From: Aliivibrio fischeri ES114
Lineage (GTDB): Bacteria; Pseudomonadota; Gammaproteobacteria; Enterobacterales; Vibrionaceae
Strand: one strand, 5' to 3'
NCBI RefSeq assembly: GCF_000011805.1
Contig: NC_006840.2
Length of the DNA: 32,000 nucleotides
Shown here one piece after another: positions 29,638 through 32,000 of this stretch. Position 1 is the first letter of the stretch. Every line of letters begins with the position of its first letter. Both the position numbers and the translations under genes were made by a program. Below the pieces are notes generated by a model that was not told where the DNA came from, made no database searches, and saw nothing but the letters and a program-made list of their open reading frames with translations.

Positions 29638-29673
29638 AAAAAAAGCGAACCCAATAATGAGGTTCGCTTTTTA
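29638..29673. terminator. Bidirectional terminator between ygiQ and tyrS
   Basis: AAAAAGCGAACC-caataatga-GGTTCGCTTTTT. Confidence 0.85.
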
Positions 29674-29742
29674 TTATCTCAAATAATAATCATACTATGA
29701 TGGACTAGAGAATTATTTCCCTACTCCAGCACGATGGAATGC

Positions 29743-31023
29743 TTATTTCCAGATGTATAGGTTAAATAGCTTCTTACCGCGTTTGATCACGCTGTATTTA
29801 CCAAACAGTGCATCTTCTTTCTTAAGTACCGCTTCGGTATCAGCAACTTTCTCGCCGTTTACCGATACTGCACCGTTACCGATGAATTCACGCGCCATTT
29901 TGTTTGATTTAGCTAATTCAGATTGAGTTAGAACTTCAACAATCGTTTGTTCAGATGCTTCTAATTCTGTTGATGGCAGGCCATCTAAAGCAAGTTGTGC
30001 TAAGTCAGTTTCTGTTAGTGAAGAAAGATCACCAGAGAAAAGCGCTTTCGTGATACGTTCAGCAGACGCTAAACCTTCTTCACCGTGAACTAAACGAGTT
30101 ACTTCACGAGCGAGGATGCCTTGACCTTCAGGACGGCCCTGAACACTCTTATCACTCTCTTCAACAGCTGCAATCTCTTCTACTGTTAAGAAAGTGAAGA
30201 AACGTAGGAAGTTATATACGTCAGCATCCGCAGTACCTAACCAGAATTGATAGAAAGCGTATGGTGATGTTTTATTTGAATCTAACCAAATTGTACCTGA
30301 TTCAGTTTTACCAAACTTAGTACCATCTGATTTTGTAACTAGAGGAAGTGTTAAACCAAATACTTTATTGCGGTTCATACGACGAGTAAGGTCGATACCA
30401 CCAGTGATGTTACCCCACTGATCTGAGCCACCAATTTGTAATGTACACTCTTTTGCTTTGTTCAATGCTGCAAAATCGTATGATTGAAGTAGCATGTAGC
30501 TGAATTCAGTAAATGAAATACCAGAACCTTCACGATCGATACGTTGTTTTACTGATTCTTTTTGGATCATTGCATTTACGCTGAAGTGTTTACCTACATC
30601 ACGCATAAATTCAATTACGTTAATTTGACCGATCCAATCTAAGTTGTTTACTACTTCAGCACCATTTTTCTCTTCTGTAAAATCAACAAAAGCTGAAACT
30701 TGTGCTTTAATTTTGTTAACCCAATCGCCAACCACTTCATTCGTGTTTAGTTGACGCTCAGCAGCTTTAAAACTTGGGTCACCGATTAAGCCTGTAGCAC
30801 CACCAACAAGAGCTAATGGTTTATGACCAGCTTGTTGGAAACGCTTAAGAACTAATAGTGGTACTAGGCTACCAATATGTAAGCTGTCTGCTGTCGGATC
30901 GAAGCCACAATAGAGAGTACGACAGTCAGTTGAAAGGTGCTCAGCTAATTCTTCGTCTGCTGTGCACTGTGCAATAAGCCCACGAGCTTTTAAGTCTTGC
31001 AATAATTCGTTTGTTGCTGTCAT
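29743..31023 (-). CDS. tyrS: Tyrosine--tRNA ligase
   Basis: 426 aa, [22 protein letters not shown] (HIGH-like), [33 protein letters not shown] (KMSKS-like), C-terminal S4 domain. Confidence 0.97.
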   Translation of the reverse strand: MTATNELLQDLKARGLIAQCTADEELAEHLSTDCRTLYCGFDPTADSLHIGSLVPLLVLKRFQQAGHKPLALVGGATGLIGDPSFKAAERQLNTNEVVGDWVNKIKAQVSAFVDFTEEKNGAEVVNNLDWIGQINVIEFMRDVGKHFSVNAMIQKESVKQRIDREGSGISFTEFSYMLLQSYDFAALNKAKECTLQIGGSDQWGNITGGIDLTRRMNRNKVFGLTLPLVTKSDGTKFGKTESGTIWLDSNKTSPYAFYQFWLGTADADVYNFLRFFTFLTVEEIAAVEESDKSVQGRPEGQGILAREVTRLVHGEEGLASAERITKALFSGDLSSLTETDLAQLALDGLPSTELEASEQTIVEVLTQSELAKSNKMAREFIGNGAVSVNGEKVADTEAVLKKEDALFGKYSVIKRGKKLFNLYIWK

Positions 31024-31300
31024 AGATAACCTACTTGTACTCTAAATTTAGGTATAAAAAAGAATACTCGATTTTACACATTTAGCGGCTAAATAACAGA
31101 GTTTACGAGTAAAAATACTTCAATAAGTAAATTATCAAATTATTGTCAGGAAAACGCCTTTTGTGACCGTTAGCGCAAACTCGAACAACATTAAATTTCC
31201 TCACTTGAAACTGCTATCTATGCCCATATTTCTTAAGTAGGTGTTGCTAAGATATAGTTCTCTTAGTTGCTATTTCTTTCTACTTCATAAAGGAAACAGA

Positions 31301-32000
31301 ATGAAAAAGTTTGCCCGTGCTGCAGTCTTAATGGTTTTAGTCTTTGGACGACCTCAAGCACAAGCTGCCTCTTTACTTGAACATATAGAGCCAGATTACC
31401 AAGAATCCAATCAATCAGAGATCGATCACCACCATGTACTTCACAGCTTAAATGGTCTTCTGTCCATTGATAGCTGGAACCATTTCTCGCATCAACCTTA
31501 CAATGACTTTGATATTTTAAGCTCTAAAGCACACCAAGCTCAGCATGAGTTAGAAAATATCTGTAAACAAACTGCTCTTATTTCCAATAGCCAGACTCAA
31601 TTTGCGGGAGTAAAAAATAATGAACGAGCAAAAATTAAAATTGAGCAAGAATTAAGTGGTCAGGTTAATCAACTGACTGATATCGCAAGAGCGACTGTCG
31701 TAGCTGACTCAATTCCTGATTTAGTTACCGCATATGAAGCATTAAATAGAGAAACAACTGTTGTTAGTGTTACTAACCGCTTTTCTCAACCTGCTAAATC
31801 TGGGTACAGAGACATAAAATTATTGGTTGAATTACCTAAAACAAAACTCATTGCAGAAATACAACTCCACTTAAAAGACATTGCAGATGTTAAGAATGGT
31901 GTTGAACATAAGATTTATGAAGAAATTCAAAGTATGGAACGTCTTGCTTTTGTCGAAAATCGTACATTTACTGAATTTGAAGAAGCTCGATTCACTAAAC
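31301..32000 (+). CDS. Exported protein with RelA/SpoT synthetase-like domain (3' end beyond window)
   Basis: ORF open from ATG 31301 (RBS AAAGGAAACAG) through the right edge, 233 codons visible. Signal peptide MKKFARAAVLMVLVFGRPQAQA. Region GVKNNERAKIKIEQELSGQVNQLTDIARATVVAD...VTNRFSQPAKSGYRDIKLLVELPKTKLIAEIQLHLKDIADVKNGVEHKIYEEI matches the RelA/SpoT pattern (DIxGxR, NGYxSxH, EIQhxT). Confidence 0.8.
   Translation, partial: MKKFARAAVLMVLVFGRPQAQAASLLEHIEPDYQESNQSEIDHHHVLHSLNGLLSIDSWNHFSHQPYNDFDILSSKAHQAQHELENICKQTALISNSQTQFAGVKNNERAKIKIEQELSGQVNQLTDIARATVVADSIPDLVTAYEALNRETTVVSVTNRFSQPAKSGYRDIKLLVELPKTKLIAEIQLHLKDIADVKNGVEHKIYEEIQSMERLAFVENRTFTEFEEARFTK

Noticed and set aside
1-32000. CRISPR arrays, integrase/transposase genes, tRNA/rRNA genes, prophage modules
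   Set aside because: No regularly spaced repeats, no recombinase ORFs and no tRNA-like cloverleaf or rRNA sequence noticed on reading. A tRNAscan/Infernal run would be needed to exclude small ncRNAs.

Overview
This is a mostly ordinary, gene-dense gamma-proteobacterial chromosomal segment. Its Vibrionaceae/Aliivibrio-like character is inferred from gene content and protein flavour, not from a database search. Contents left to right: lytic transglycosylase (partial), ycgL, minCDE, rnd, fadD, alpha/beta hydrolase, slp-like lipoprotein, small hypothetical, tsaB, yoaA-type helicase, purU (apparently frameshifted), alpha/beta hydrolase, AraC-type regulator and EamA transporter (divergent), malY-malX and divergent malI with two MalI-like operators, a Pmp3/YqaE-like small protein missing from the ORF track, metE and metR with MetJ/MetR-like sites between them, a DUF4250-like protein, a membrane protein, dcuC-type transporter, exported S33-type peptidase, ygiQ radical SAM protein, tyrS, and a partial exported protein with a RelA/SpoT synthetase-like domain at the right edge. 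I found no tRNA/rRNA, CRISPR array, prophage or transposon. The observations most worth follow-up are the signal-peptide-bearing RelA/SpoT-like protein next to tyrS, the single-nucleotide frameshift in purU, an unexplained 12-bp hairpin upstream of rnd, the hairpin/U-tract between malX and malY, and an in-frame 11/10-aa tandem duplication in the S33 peptidase. I see no convincing evidence for a new multi-gene system in this window.
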